Shown here one piece after another: positions 11,501 to 24,715 of a DNA stretch of 64,000 bases; positions within the stretch are counted from its first letter, which is position 1, and every line of letters begins with the position of its first letter. The position numbers and the translations under genes were made by a program. This DNA comes from Antedon mediterranea. Lineage: Eukaryota; Animalia; Echinodermata. The stretch covers positions 7,812,001-7,876,000 of the forward strand of contig NC_092672.1 of assembly GCF_964355755.1 (NCBI RefSeq). Reading direction: 5' to 3'. A model generated the notes under the pieces. It was given only the letters and a program-made list of their open reading frames with translations, made no database searches and was not told the origin of the DNA.

Positions 11501-14500
11501 TCGAGTTGAAAAGTAAGTCAAGAAAACAGAAATCGGGCAAAAAGAGTGCGCAATAACATTTAACGCGCAGTGCGCGCGCAAAAATCTGCGCACTCATGGC
11601 AATTTTGTAAACGCTTAAAATTGCCTGAAACGTACTCTTATTTCATCGAAAATAAATTTTGAAAATTTTAAGCGCGCGTACGCATGCGTTACATGCGCTA
11701 CGCACGTAATTGTATTGCCATATGATGATTTATGCCCTGAAATTTATGAGTACCAAATTTTATTTAATTGTGATTCATGGTTGTTAAGATATGATTACAA
11801 ACGTGATTTCGTTAAATCGTGCGTAGACCACGTAATTTTTTATTGCGCACCGTGAAAACATAACCACATCAATTCCTGGCCATAAGGAATATTCTGTGAA
11901 AAATTGACTTAGCTAGATTAAACTGATATCAAGATAAGGTCATAAAGCGATAAAACGCATAGTGATACCGGACCGACAGACAGACAGACAGACCGACAGA
12001 CAGACCGACAGACAGACCGACCGACCGACATAGTGAACTATAGAGTCGCTTCCACGCGACTAAAAACAATAGAATTAGTTTTGACAAAATTAACAGTTAA
12101 TTTATTAGCGTCATACCAGTTTGAAATTTTTTTTTTAAATGATGACTTACCATAGACAAATTGTCAAATAAGTTAGTGTCATCAGCAAATAAACGAAATC
12201 CATGGTTTATTTTTTGTTTTTGATCTTTCTACCATTGGGCCATGGATATTACTAAAAACAATATAAAAAGCGTAGGGAATGAGACTTTAAGGCTGTAGAA
12301 AATTCATCTATCGATATATTATCATCGTCCAATTTGGACTGATCTTCTAGCAGAATACATTGATGTTTATCTATTTTAACAGAATCTATATATAAATTTA
12401 CGTAAGGGCAAAATTCGGTAAATCGCGCCTTACTTCTAGAATTTTCACTCGATGGTATGTAAAGTTGGTTCGTACTTTCGGTACTGATTTTAACCGCCTG
12501 ATGTAACCCTGTTTACTAATTAAATTGAGTTAGATAATTAGTTATTGACGATTAAAACGAATTTAGGTTCAACGATTTGCCCCAAATAGGGGTGTTTTCC
12601 GATCGTGGTATACACTGTCTAATGGATGTCCATCTTGAAAAATACCCGCCAAAAAAATGCGAGGAGGCTTCGCATTTTTCTATCTCCTCCTACGATAATT
12701 GTTTTTAATAGCTGAAAACCGGTTGAACAGCTAGAGTACACCATCATAATGTTGAAGACAGGCCGATTTTCTTTAAAAAATACTATTTTGATAGATTTAA
12801 TATACGATTATACAAATGTATTGATTTGCGATGAATGGAACATCCCAATCTCTCAGTCTGCCAGAGTTTGGTTTAACACAAGTACTGTAGGTAAATTTAT
12901 GAGCCCTTGGTTTAACACATACGGTAGGTAAATATATGGGCCCTTTGAGAATAAACTTGCAATACTTTGACAATACTGTAAATACCTATTAACTATTTTT
13001 CATTTGAATCGAACATTTCTTACTGTGAATGTTCGTACTGTTAGATGTAACATAAAAATATATACAAATAAACTTTATTACTGAGACTGTGGATAGGCTC
13101 TACTGTTAGATATACAAATAAACTTTATACTGACAGTTCCTTCTCAACGTTTGTATTAATTAATAATTACCAAAAATATAAACGTCGTAGTGGTGTATCG
13201 TGACATGTACTTTAATATTTCAATCGATTATGACAGTGACAATTTTAACAAAGTATTAAATCGCAAATGTTTTAGGCCTACTGTATTTAGAGGTATATTA
13301 TTTATAGGCCTATAAAACATGAACAAAATATTTCGTTACTCAGTGGATAAAGAATATATTTAAAAATTGTTCCTCTTTGTACCTATCCGCTTTCCCATCC
13401 CTCAACCCTAATGTTACATAGCGAGGAGGCTTCGCATTTTCCTATCTCCTCCTACGATAATTGTTTTTAATAGCTGAAAACCGGTTGAACAGCTAGAGTA
13501 CACCATCATAATGTTGAAGACAGGCCGATTTTCTTTAAAAAAATACTATTTTGATAGATTGCTAGAGTACACCATCATAATGTTGAAGACAGGCCGATTT
13601 TCTTTAAAAAATACTATTTTGATAGATTTAATATACGATTATACAAATGTATTGATTTGCGATGAATGGAACATCCCAATCTCTCAGTCTGCCAGAGTTT
13701 GGTTTAACACAAGTACTGTAGGTAAATTTATGAGCCCTTGGTTTAACACATACGGTAGGTAAATATATGGGCCCTTTGAGAATAAACTTGCAATAGGTTC
13801 GGAAAATGTTAAAAACCAATTTCTATTATTTGAATCGGTAAACAGTTTCCATTTATTATACATTGATAATGAAACATGAAATATTCCTATTTATGTCCCT
13901 CGAGGTTCATTACAATTTATATTTAGTAGTCCCACGGACTTCATCTTAGCCACTCCCCCGAGTGCTAAGGCCAAATTTATGATACCCTACTTTCTATGTA
14001 AGTTTATGTGCTTATAAATTAAGACTCATGTAAACAGCTTGATTACATCATTTTACAGACAAACGAAACTTTTTTAAACCTACTGTTTCAATAACTGAGT
14101 ATAATACTGTATACGTTTTCATAAGTAAGCGCATATACATTTTCGTGTTTTCATTGACGAGATTGTAATAGTAACTTCAGTAACTATTACAGTACTTATT
14201 TATTATACGACACAAGACAATTGTATCTGACAGGTACGTACATTATTCTAAAAAATAAGTCTAGATAGATCCCTTAGGCGTCATAAATCACAGGCCAACA
14301 AATCAGTACTCATGACAGAAATTCGACCCAGTTTGGTTCACACAAATGTTTACAGGAATTTCAACACCACAACCGATGATTTGCCCTAAATATTTAGGTA
14401 GACTACAGTTTAATTTTTCACTGAATAGGAGCTTGCATTTCCGATTTCCATTTCGCAGAATGTCTAGGTCTATTTATTTAGTTTGGTTCTTATAATATAT

Positions 14501-17500
14501 AAATACAATCAACTTTATTACTGCGGTTCCATCACCACCACCACGTGCCGCCCAATTCCCGTACATACATTTCCATTTCTCCCTAATTTCTTTAATCCAC
14601 ATAAATTAATTGTCCTTTATGGAATCCAGTATTGGTTTTGTTGTCTCTATTTCTGAATACCCCAATTAGGGGGACACTTCCGTTTTTGTTTAGTGTCCCA
14701 AAAAAGTCCCCGTCCGTGGATTCTACTGTATTCGAGAACCATCTGTGAGCACCCCTAGATGGTACGCGAGCGAAGCGAGCGTGCCATCTAGTTAATACAA
14801 TTTATTGGATTACGGTCGAAGCGGCCGCCAACCAAAGCGGCCGCTAGTTCAATAACGGTAATTTGTATGGAACGCCGTGTGCGCTTTGATTGTCGTTGTT
14901 TTGTCATTTTTGATTGTCATTGTTTCGATCGTCAGGTTTTCTTTTCCTCGGACGTAAATAACAACTTACATTATTAATATTATGTAATATATTCTCTTTT
15001 TTGACAGATTGAATGTGATACCTTCTTTTAAACGAAATGGCGAATCGATGATTACTTACTTTAACTGTTCTAAATGATATAGGCCTATATGTTTAATAAA
15101 GTCAATAAAAAACATTGTGGTGTTTTTATTGTATAATATATAATATGCCAATTATTAAGAATAATATATATATTTTTTCAGTAAAATATATCAAATCAAA
15201 ATATATATATTTGTTATTGTATATTAATATATTAGTAAAGTAACTACTGTAAGTAGTACGTGTTCGCAAACATAATTTAATTACAATAACATGATGACAT
15301 CAATCTATTTATTTAATATCCTAAATTGTTTTATACCTTCAGATATATAAATATTGATCAATTTAAAATTAGTTTTAAATACTAAAATAAGACGCAAGTG
15401 CCTGTACGGTACGGTAATTAATTACGTGAATTTCTGCTAATAACTCGACTGGCGGCCGGCCAGGAATAGTGCTGTAGAAGGTCGCGTTTTCGTCTTCACG
15501 TTGCTTCATTGAAAACACAAACAATGTATTACAATGGAATAACACTTAAATGTATAACACACCCTATTACTAATAATAAAAACCAAGATTCGATAGTACA
15601 GTGTAAACGAGATATAAAAATTCGGCAATACCGTACGTAACTTATTATTGCAATACTGTATAAAGATTCGATGTAAATGAGATATAAATATTCGGCAATA
15701 CCGTACGTAAATTAATGCAATACTGTAAAGATTCGATGTAAATTAATGAGATATAAATATTCGGCAATACCGTACGTAACTTATTATTGCAATACTGTAT
15801 AAAGATTCGATGTAAATGAGATATAAAGATTCGGCAATACCGTACGTAAATTATTAATGCAATACTGTAAAGATTCGATGTAAATGAGATATAAATATTC
15901 GGCAATACCGTACGTAAATTATTATTGCAATACTGTATAAAGATTCGATGTAAATGAGATATAAAGATTCGGCAATACCGTACATGAATTATTAATGCAA
16001 TACTGTATAAAGATTTGATGTAAATTAGATATAAATATTCGGCAATACCGTACGTAAATTATTATTGCAATACTGTATAAAGATTTGATGTAAATGAGAT
16101 ATAAAGTTTCGGCAATACCGTACGTAAATTATTAATGCAATACTGTAAAGATTCGATGTAAATGAGATATAAATATTCGGCAATACCGTACGTAAATTAT
16201 TATTGCAATACTGTATAAAGATTCGATGTAAATGAGATATAAAGATTCGGCAATACCGTACATGAATTATTAATGCAATACTGTATAAAGATTTGATGTA
16301 AATTAGATATAAATATTCGGCAATACCGTACGTAAATTATTATTGCAATACTGTATAAAGATTCGATGTAAATGAGATATAAAGATTCGGCAATACCGTA
16401 CATGAATTATTAATGCAATACTGTATAAAGATTTGATGTAAATTAGATATAAATATTCGGCAATACCGTACGTAAATTATTATTGCAATACTGTATAAAG
16501 ATTTGATGTAAATGAGATATAAAGATTCGGCAATACCGTACGTAAATTATTAATGCAGTACTGTAAAAAGATTCGATAGTATGTAAATGAGATATAAATA
16601 TTCGGCAATACCGTACGTAAATTATTAATGCAATACTGTATAAAGACTCGATAGTATGTAAATGAGATATAAAGATTCGGCAATACCTTAATAGTACGTA
16701 AATTATTATTGCAATACTGTAAAAAGATTCTATGAGATACAAGGATTCAGCAATACCGTACGTAAATTATTAATGCAATACTGTATAAGGATTCGATAGT
16801 AAATGAGATATAAATGTTCGGCAATACCGTACGTAAATTATTATATTGCAATACTGTAAAAAGATTCGATAGTATGTAAATGAGATATAAAGATTCGGCA
16901 ATACCGTACGTAAATTATTATTGCAATACTGTATGAAGATTCGATAGTATGTAAATGAGATATAAATATTCGCCAATACCGTACGTAAATTATTAATGCA
17001 ATACTGTTAGACAGGTTCCATTTCTCAAAAAACGGCCTAGAAAACGAATCAAGAAGCATTTTTGGGTAGAAGCTGGGATCCACTTGATTTAGGATATTTC
17101 GACCTCGCTGATTACGAATATGGCGGATCCCAAGCGAAATTCGGCCATCTAAGCCCTTAATTTGCATAATTAAAAATGGCGGCCATTTTTTATAATTACC
17201 CTATATCTCGAGAACCACTAGTCACAGATAATTAATATTGGTCTCAAAATGTTTTAAATATATGTTTTTATATTCACTTTAATGACACATTTTCTCAAAA
17301 AATGGATGCAAGTCTTATTTCTGACATTTTGACCTTTGACCTTGATTTATCGTATCTCAGTAACCAATAATCGGAGAGACACGAAATAGGGCTCAAATTG
17401 TTTAGAAACTATACATTCATATTTATTATAATGAAATGTTTTTACAAAAAATGGCCGATTCTACAACTATTGACCTTTGAACTATTAGTCAAATATAATA

Positions 17501-20500
17501 ATATAACTTTGAAAATTGTGGTCTTATGAATTTTTTTTTCTTTTTAAATTGTTTAAAACATGTGTGTTTCTATCCAGTCTAATGGCACATTTTGTACAAG
17601 AATGGCCGATAGCATGGTTATTGACCTTTAAACTATAGCATAGGCCTACTGTATACTAAATATAATATAATTGCATAACTATGAAATTATTTATACACAA
17701 TAATAATTAGTAAAATTATAAAATTCACTGCCATCAAATATTATGTGTTATGATTTATATAGATTTAAAAAAAAATTGAACACGCAAGTTACATTTGTTG
17801 AAATTTGAAATTACCTGCCATCAATATGATGGAGTATGATTATAGATTTTTTTAAATGTGAACATGTCAGCTACATTTGGAAATTACCTGCCATCAATAT
17901 GATGGATTATGATTATAGATTTAAAAAAGAATTTGAACACGTAAGCTACATTTGAAAATTACCTGCCATCAATATGATGGATTATGATTATAGATTTAAA
18001 AAAGAATTTGAACACATCAGCTACATTTGGAAATTTGGAAATTACCTGCCATCAATATGATGGATTATGATTGTATAGAGGCCTACCTGCCATCAATATG
18101 ATGGATTATGATTATAGATTTAAAAAAGAATTTGAACACGTACTAAGCTACATTTGAAAATTACCTGCCATCAATATGATGGATTATGATTGTATAGATT
18201 TAAAAGAAAATGTGAACACGTAAGCTACATTTGGAATGAACATGTTAAGGGCATTAGTTGAAGATCATTCATGCAAAGGTTTCCGTCATCTTTAGCGTTG
18301 TTACAGCGGCATAAAGCTGTACATGGTAGTTTTGACTTCTTTCACCTACATCTATTGGTTATGCATCGTGTCTTGCATCCACAATAAATCATCTCTAACG
18401 AAGCAGTAGGAATAGCTTCATTTTTCAGAAGCACTGGTTGAAGTTTACCATTAGATAGCTCCCACCCAAAATCTGTTGGTGATGGCAAATGCTGGATTGG
18501 CGATACAGCTTTTTTCCACCATACGAGTGCTTGGAAGTGTGCTCTTTTTATATGTTGGTGCACTGCATCGCTTGTTGGAGGTAATGCCTCTGGTTTTGTT
18601 TTTTTTTTAAGCCTAACTTCATTGGTACTTTTAACTTGACAAACACCGTAAACATAGCAAATGAATCTTTCCGATTTCATAATAACTTGGGCACTGATAG
18701 GTTTTCTCCCAGGTCTTTAATTAGTTCATAATTTTTTTTAATACTTCCCATGCCGATGCCTCTGAGTGACCACTTAGATATGAACAGGGAAGAGTTAAAT
18801 TACTGTATGTATGTATTAATGTAATTTAACTCTTCCCTGGATATGAGGTAGTATCGCATCCACTAATAGTGTGGAATTGGAATCAGTGCTTTTGCATAAC
18901 CCTCGGGCAAGGCTTGAAAAATGTCTTTTATAGATACTTTCTTTTTTTGGATGTCCCTGTCATCATCCATTTGGATACCATTCTTTGGTGGTGAGACACT
19001 AGAATCACTAGTACGTCTGTATCCCTAGAAGCAACTACAACTGTGTCGTATCGGACATTGGCAGCATGACAAGTCTCGTGTCCGATTCTTCATGATCTGC
19101 GACCAGAGACAACGTATTCGTGTAGACTTTTGATGATTTAACAACTGATTCTTTCATAAATCCACCAGCTGTGACAATTTCTTTGTCTATAGGAGCTTGA
19201 CGAATCAACTCCTCTGATAGAAATCGTGCCAGATCTGCTTTATTATCTTGTAATGCCAAAAAGTTTGACCAGCAATTTGGCAGCGGTATTTCACCACTTT
19301 CTATAATTCGACGAATTGGTCTCTGTGTTTTGGTTCATCTTTGTCTAGTGGTGCCCTTTATCGACAGTTTTAAGTTAGGCATGCCATGTTAAAAAAAACA
19401 AAACCAGAGGCATTACCTCCAACAAGCGATGCAGTGCACCAACATATAAAAAGAGCACACTTCCAAGCACTCGTCTGGAAAAAAGCTGTATCGCCAATCC
19501 AGCATTTGCCATCACCAACAGATTTTGGGTGGGAGCTATCTAATGGTAAACTTCAACCAGTGCTTATGAAAAATGAAGCTATTCCTACTGCTTCGTTAGA
19601 GATGATTTATTGTGGATGCAAGACACGATGCATAACCAATAGATGTAGGTGCAAGAAGTCAAAACTACCATGTACAGCTTTATGCCGCTGTAACAACGCT
19701 AAAGATGACGGAAACCTTTGCATGAATGATCTTAAACTGATGCCCTTAACATGTTCATTCCAAATGTAGCTTACGTGTTCACATTTTCTTTTAAATCTAT
19801 ACAATCATAATCCATCATATTGATGGCAGGTAATTTTCAAATGTAGCTTAGTACGTGTTCAAATTCTTTTTTAAATCTATAATCATAATCCATCATATTG
19901 ATGGCAGGTAGGCCTACTATACAATCATAATCCATCATATTGATGGCAGGTAATTTCCAAATTTCCAAATGTAGCTGATGTGTTCAAATTCTTTTTTAAA
20001 TCTATAATCATAATCCATATGTAGCTTACGTGTTCAAATTCTTTTTTAAATCTATAATCATAATCCATCATATTGATGGCAGGTAATTTCCAAATGTAGC
20101 TGACATGTTCACATTTAAAAAAATCTATAACCATACTCCATCATATTGATGGCAGGTAATTTCAAATTTCAAATTTCAACAAATGTAACTTGCGTGTTCA
20201 AATTTTTTTTAAATCTATATAAATCATAACACATAATATTTGATGGCAGTGAACTTTATAATTGTACTAATTATTATTGTGTATAAATAATTTCATAGTT
20301 ATGCAATTATATTATATTTAGTATACAGTAGGCCTATGCTATAGTTTAAAGGTCAATAGCCATACTATCGGCCATTCTTGTACAAAATGTGCCATTAGAC
20401 TGGATAGAAACACACATGTTTTAAACAATTTAAAAAGAAAAAAAAATTCATAAGACCACAATTTTCAAAGTTATATTATTATATTTGACTAATAGTTCAA

Positions 20501-23500
20501 AGGTCAATAGTTGTAGAATCGGCCATTTTTTGTAAAAACATTTCATTATAATAAATATGAATGCATAGTTTCTGAACAATTTGAGCCCTATTTCGTGTCT
20601 CTCCGATTATTGGTTACTGAGATACGATAAATCAAGGTCAAAGGTCAAAATGTCAGAAATAAGACTTGCATCCATTTTTTGGGAAAATGTGTCATTAAAG
20701 TGAATATAAAAACATATATTTAAAACATTTTGAGACCAAAATTAATTATCTGTGACTAGTGGTTCTCGAGATATAGGGTAATTATAAAAAATGGCCGCCA
20801 TTTTTAATTATGCAAATTAAGGGCTTAGATGACCAAATTTCGCTTGGGATCCGCCATATTCGTAATCAGCGAGGTCGAAATATCCTAAATCAAGTGGATC
20901 CCAGCTTCTACCCAAAAATGCTTCTTACACCATATTTCAGAGGAAATAGAACTTGTCTATGTATAAAGATTCGATAGGAGAGTGCTCAAGAAACGTCGGG
21001 TCAAGAGGATAAAATAAACAAATAAATAAATAGTACGTAATAAATGAGACATAGAGGTTCAATAGTATGTAGATTATGATGCAAACGTAAATTATTAATG
21101 ATTCGATAATATATAATGTAAATATATTTAGTTAGTTATTAATATTAAAATACAAATAAAATATACATTAATTTATCCGCAGGCAAACTTAATTATTATA
21201 GAAATATAAAGATTCGATAGTACATGATTTGGCTTATATTTATTGGTTTGACCATACACACAGCTGTAACTCAACTCGCCATAGGCCATGGCGTTGACAA
21301 CGACAATCAAAGATTAAAGCGCACATGGCGTTCCATACAAATGACGATATTAAACTGGCGGCCGCTTTGGTTGGCGGCCGCTTCGACCATACTCCCTACC
21401 TCCAATTTATTAACCCGCTGTGAAATTCATCGTCGCCATCGTCGTCGTCGTCATCGTCATCGTCATCGTCATTATTATTATGTTATCCTATCATGCCTTA
21501 TAAAACTAGAGGGTACTCCGAGAGTACAAACCTCCGCCTACTGTAAAATTCCCCTATATAAAATTCCCCCTGAATATTTTTTTTTTACATTTTTTTTATT
21601 AGTTCTAAGTGTAAATATGTTAACTGCACACTACAAAGTTGTGGATGACAGTGTGGTGTAATGGTTATGTATCCAGCCTCTCACAGTTGAGATCGCTGGT
21701 TCAAGTCCCACTGAGGTTTTTTTTTTGTTATTATTTTTTTATTTCTTTTTTGTTTTTGTTTTTTGTGGACCATGATCTTTGATCCTGACCCTTCAAAATT
21801 TAACCACAATTATATGATGTGTCATTGATCATTGTGGCTAAGTTTGGTGAGAATCGAATAAAAACTGTGGTCTCTAGGCAGTAAAATAGTTGTTTGTTAG
21901 TTGTGACCTTGACCTATGACCTTTTCCCCTCAAATTCGAACTCGTCCGAGCTTTTGGGGAATAGATCATTGTTGCCAAATTTGGTGAGAATCGGATAAAA
22001 GCTGTGGCCTCCAGGCTGTTCACAGACACACACACAAACACACAAACACACACACAAACATACAGGGGTGAAAACATAACCTCCTTGGCGGAGGTAATAA
22101 AATTGAGATGTATAAAACAGACATTTGCTAAATTATAGTAATAATAATAAATAAACAGTACATTTTATAAAACAGACACGAGGTGAAACTAAATGTATAA
22201 TAATGTTATCCGTAGAACCAATAATATTAAGAATTTAGAAATCACTCTTTTTATCTACGTATCACACACGTTGGAACATTATTTCTAATTGATAGTGGAC
22301 TTTTATAACTAGATAAACCAACTGTTTTTTGTGTTACAGAATCCTAATACCGATGATAAGGACTCATCAAATAATACTCCGCAGCATGCCGCAACTTCTG
22401 GTGAAAATCCAGGTCAGATTTAAATTTCAAAACTTAAATTGCTAGCATAAAATTAGTGTCAATAAAAATGAATGTGTGGATTGCCTCAGATCACCTGTTC
22501 GCTTCAGTAGCTCTGCCCCTGAATGCAAGAAACAAACGATCGAAAGAAAAACAAGACCATATACATGGCTGCAGTCGCGTGTTCAAGATAGTGTTTACCG
22601 ACCGACATGGTGAGCTGTAGAGTCGCGTTGTACGCACGCGACTAAAAATATATGATTTAGCAATTTTCGAAAAATGTTTTTGCTGTGCAACATCATACCA
22701 ATTTCCACAGTAATAATAGCATAATGAAAAGAGAAAACCTTTTTAATGAGTGTTTTCTTTTATCTATTTTATAGGTAAAACGACCCAAGTATCAGATGTC
22801 ATCAACATTCTCAACAGTGAAATTAAAGAACTGCAAAAACATGTTGCTGATCTCAAAGAACAAGCCAGCATGGTCAAAGATCAATACAAAACGAATGAAG
22901 CAGTTGGTTCAACAATTCCTAAAGTTCTCAGGAAAGCTAATTTAAATGAAATAGCTGATAAAGTCGAAAGTAGGCAAAAAATTAAATGCATTTTAGATTA
23001 AAATATCTTTTTTTTTAAATCTAGGCCTATATATTATATATATGTGTTAATGTATTCAATTTACTTACTTTACTTTCTTTCATTAAGCATAGTCTCGATA
23101 GATAGAGTAAAATAGAGTACTTAAACCGAACTGGGATTTAAAATTAACAATGTCAATTCAAAACAGGAATATGAAGAATTTTATTTATTTGTAACATTAT
23201 AATTGTTATTTTTCATCAAATAAAGAGTTCCTTTTTATATAGATGCAACCAATAAATTAATGGATTTGGCAAAGAAATTGGGCACTGAATGGAAACAAGT
23301 TGGAGTATATCTTGGCTTCAAGCAAGAAGATTTCTATCGGTTTGAAAATGATAGTGGTAACAACACAGCATGGGCAATTTTCAGCATGCTGGACCGATGG
23401 TATAAGAATGCAGAAGTTCATGAGAGGTATGAAAAACTTACTAAAGCGCTCAAAGAATCCGATAGGGAGGATTTAGCAGATGAAGTTCAAAGTTGGCTAG

Positions 23501-23505
23501 CATAA
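8552..23505 (+). CDS. Gene B1: TIR (TIR_2-like) - linker - coiled coil - Death domain protein, ~318 aa
   Basis: Exons 8552-8557 (MS), 8963-9006 (ERGYIMLCYSWKDE), 9456-9646 (…GYRVWIDR…VIGCLSKAYQESENCLR), 9760-9944 (EGNMIG…IPIIAEKGY…IYIDFS…), 22340-22412, 22775-22969, 23243-23505 (LMDLAKKLGTEWKQVGVYLGF…FSMLDRW…LTKALKESDREDLADEV, Death domain). All introns are GT-AG, and the total of 957 nt is in frame. Confidence 0.85.
11262..12066. mobile_element. Helentron-associated (DINE/HINE-like) non-autonomous element
   Basis: (GACA/GACC)n microsatellite blocks and a terminal hairpin agtcgc-ttccac-gcgact next to an A run. Short copies occur at ~22550-22650, ~38347-38450 and, reversed, ~54590-54712. Confidence 0.55.
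12385..14791 (+). mobile_element. Non-autonomous Helitron
   Basis: Starts A|TC(TATATATAAAT), ends with a GC hairpin (acgcgagcgaagcgagcgt) and CTAG|T. Has an internal duplication of ~12660-12963 at ~13421-13794. Its 5' kb is repeated at 51755-52790. Confidence 0.8.
15585..17007. repeat. Tandem minisatellite, ~60-64-bp unit
   Basis: Over 20 copies of aaagattcgatgtaaatgagatataaatattcggcaataccgtacgtaaattattattgcaatactgtat. The unit resumes at 20960, after the Academ insertion. Confidence 0.95.
18229..19370 (-). pseudogene. Disrupted Academ-type transposase C-terminus (XPG-like nuclease plus Cys-rich finger)
   Basis: Minus-strand motifs SIK..TR, FL...NK.DLARFL, DHEESDTR, RDTDVLVI, FHTISGCDTTSY, LPPT..AVHQHIKRAHFQ...W and CGCK..C....C.C.K..L.CT..C.C, broken by stops and frameshifts. 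Confidence 0.75.
19386..19769 (+). pseudogene. Inverted second copy of the transposase Cys-rich C-terminus
   Basis: 127-aa ORF nearly identical to the minus-strand fragment at 18229-18605. Confidence 0.75.
21503..22100 (+). mobile_element. Interspersed repeat (HINE-like) with TGACCT motifs, CA-rich tract and embedded tRNA-like segment
   Basis: Terminal hairpin acctccttggcggaggt, (CA)n-rich tract ~22021-22060, and A/B boxes TGGTGTAATGG / GGTTCAAGTCC at ~21653-21710. Confidence 0.5.
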
Positions 23506-24469
23506 TCAAATCGGTTGGTTGCTTTTGGTGTATCCTGTGGATTCTGACTGAGTAGTGGATAATTTAGATGTTTTTAACATTCAGTTTAAACAACATAATA
23601 TTATATCTTTTAATTTATATTTTATTCAGAAATTTAACATTATTATAATAGTTTTAGTTGAATATTTTGCTTCTAATACCCGTGTTTAGTATGACATATA
23701 GATATGCAATTATATTTGCTTTCATGATTTCTTACTTAATTTCTATAACTTCATTGTTTGTTACACACTACCAAATTTCAAAAGACACCGCATTGTGTGA
23801 ACCCTGGTTATCAATAGCCTAAGCAAGCAGAGAATATAGACACCCTACTACTTACATTTAGTACGATTAAATCATTATTTCTATATTTTGTATAACTATG
23901 TTTAAGAAACATGAATGCTGGCGGTAATCATGCCATCAATTCACAACGTCGATCATTCTTGAAAGTAATTGATAAGATTTCAACAAACTATTAGTTATAT
24001 GGAGTGGATAATAGATAATAAATTTAGGCTAAAAAATTGTTGAATGTGTATTGTATTCAATTAAATATAAAATGTTACATATTACATTGTGGGATTACCT
24101 CATGCTCAAAAATGAAACTTCTTACTTCTTTTCCTATACCTTTTTATTATTTAAATGTATGTATCTGGACTGTATTCCTATATCTTAAACAAAATCACTG
24201 CAGTACAGTATACTGCAGTACTACTAAAATTATAAAAACATAAATATCCCTTTATAATTTGTTTTAATATATCTCAATCATCACCAAAATCTAAATAATA
24301 AAACCCTGAACATAATCGAAAAAAAAACCAGAATAAATAAATAAACGAATAAACAGACCACGGACATACGGACGATCGATAACATACAGATATGATGAAG
24401 CGTGTGATAACGATAAAGATGGACGAAGATGTTACTGATAACTATTGACATTTCATTTAGTTTCCGTAA

Positions 24470-24660
24470 AGGCCAGCTCAGACAGCGTCGTTCAACGAGG
24501 CCCGACGACTCGTCTCGTCGAGAGAAAATTAAACATGTTTAAATTTTTCCCGACGACCTAAAACTACGCCCGACGCTATATCGTCGGAATTCAACTAAGA
24601 CAGCACTGACGAATCAAGACGTATCTTCGAGCCTCGTCGTACGACGCTGTCTGAGGCCGT
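24470..24660. mobile_element. Palindromic MITE (PIF/Harbinger-like); second copy at ~40288-40461
   Basis: ggcc…ctcagacagcgtcg … cgacgctgtctgaggcc inverted ends. Confidence 0.5.
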
Positions 24661-24715
24661 AATGAAACTTCTAGCAAAAATAGTTTCTTTCATCCCTATT
24701 AAGTATTACTTTATA

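Larger units (their letters stand above)
17008..20959. mobile_element. Academ (AcademX-like) DNA transposon derivative with ~1.6-kb inverted arms
   Basis: Termini 5'-TAG…CTA-3' with 3-bp TSD TGT (17005-17007 and 20960-20962). Arms ~17008-18605 and ~19390-20959 are inverted copies, each with a ~66-bp subrepeat array. It encodes XPG/FEN1-like and Cys-rich fragments. Confidence 0.8.
14813..21389. mobile_element. Non-autonomous TIR element (~85-bp TIRs) carrying a 60-bp satellite, interrupted by the Academ-like element
   Basis: Left GGTCGAAGCGGCCGCCAACCAAAGCGGCCGC…TTTGTATGGAACGCC is inverted at ~21300-21388; TA flanks both ends. Confidence 0.7.

Noticed and set aside
12749-13762. Duplicated small ORFs MLKTGRFSLK…
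   Set aside because: They lie in the internal duplication of a non-autonomous Helitron, and the third copy at ~52120 has indels.
15585-17007. CRISPR-like regular array and the overlapping short ORFs
   Set aside because: Units are contiguous with no unique spacers, there are no cas genes and the context is eukaryotic; the ORFs are repeat translations.
19386-19769. Host tesmin/CXC or metallothionein-like gene
   Set aside because: It is the duplicated C-terminus of the Academ-type transposase within the inverted arm.
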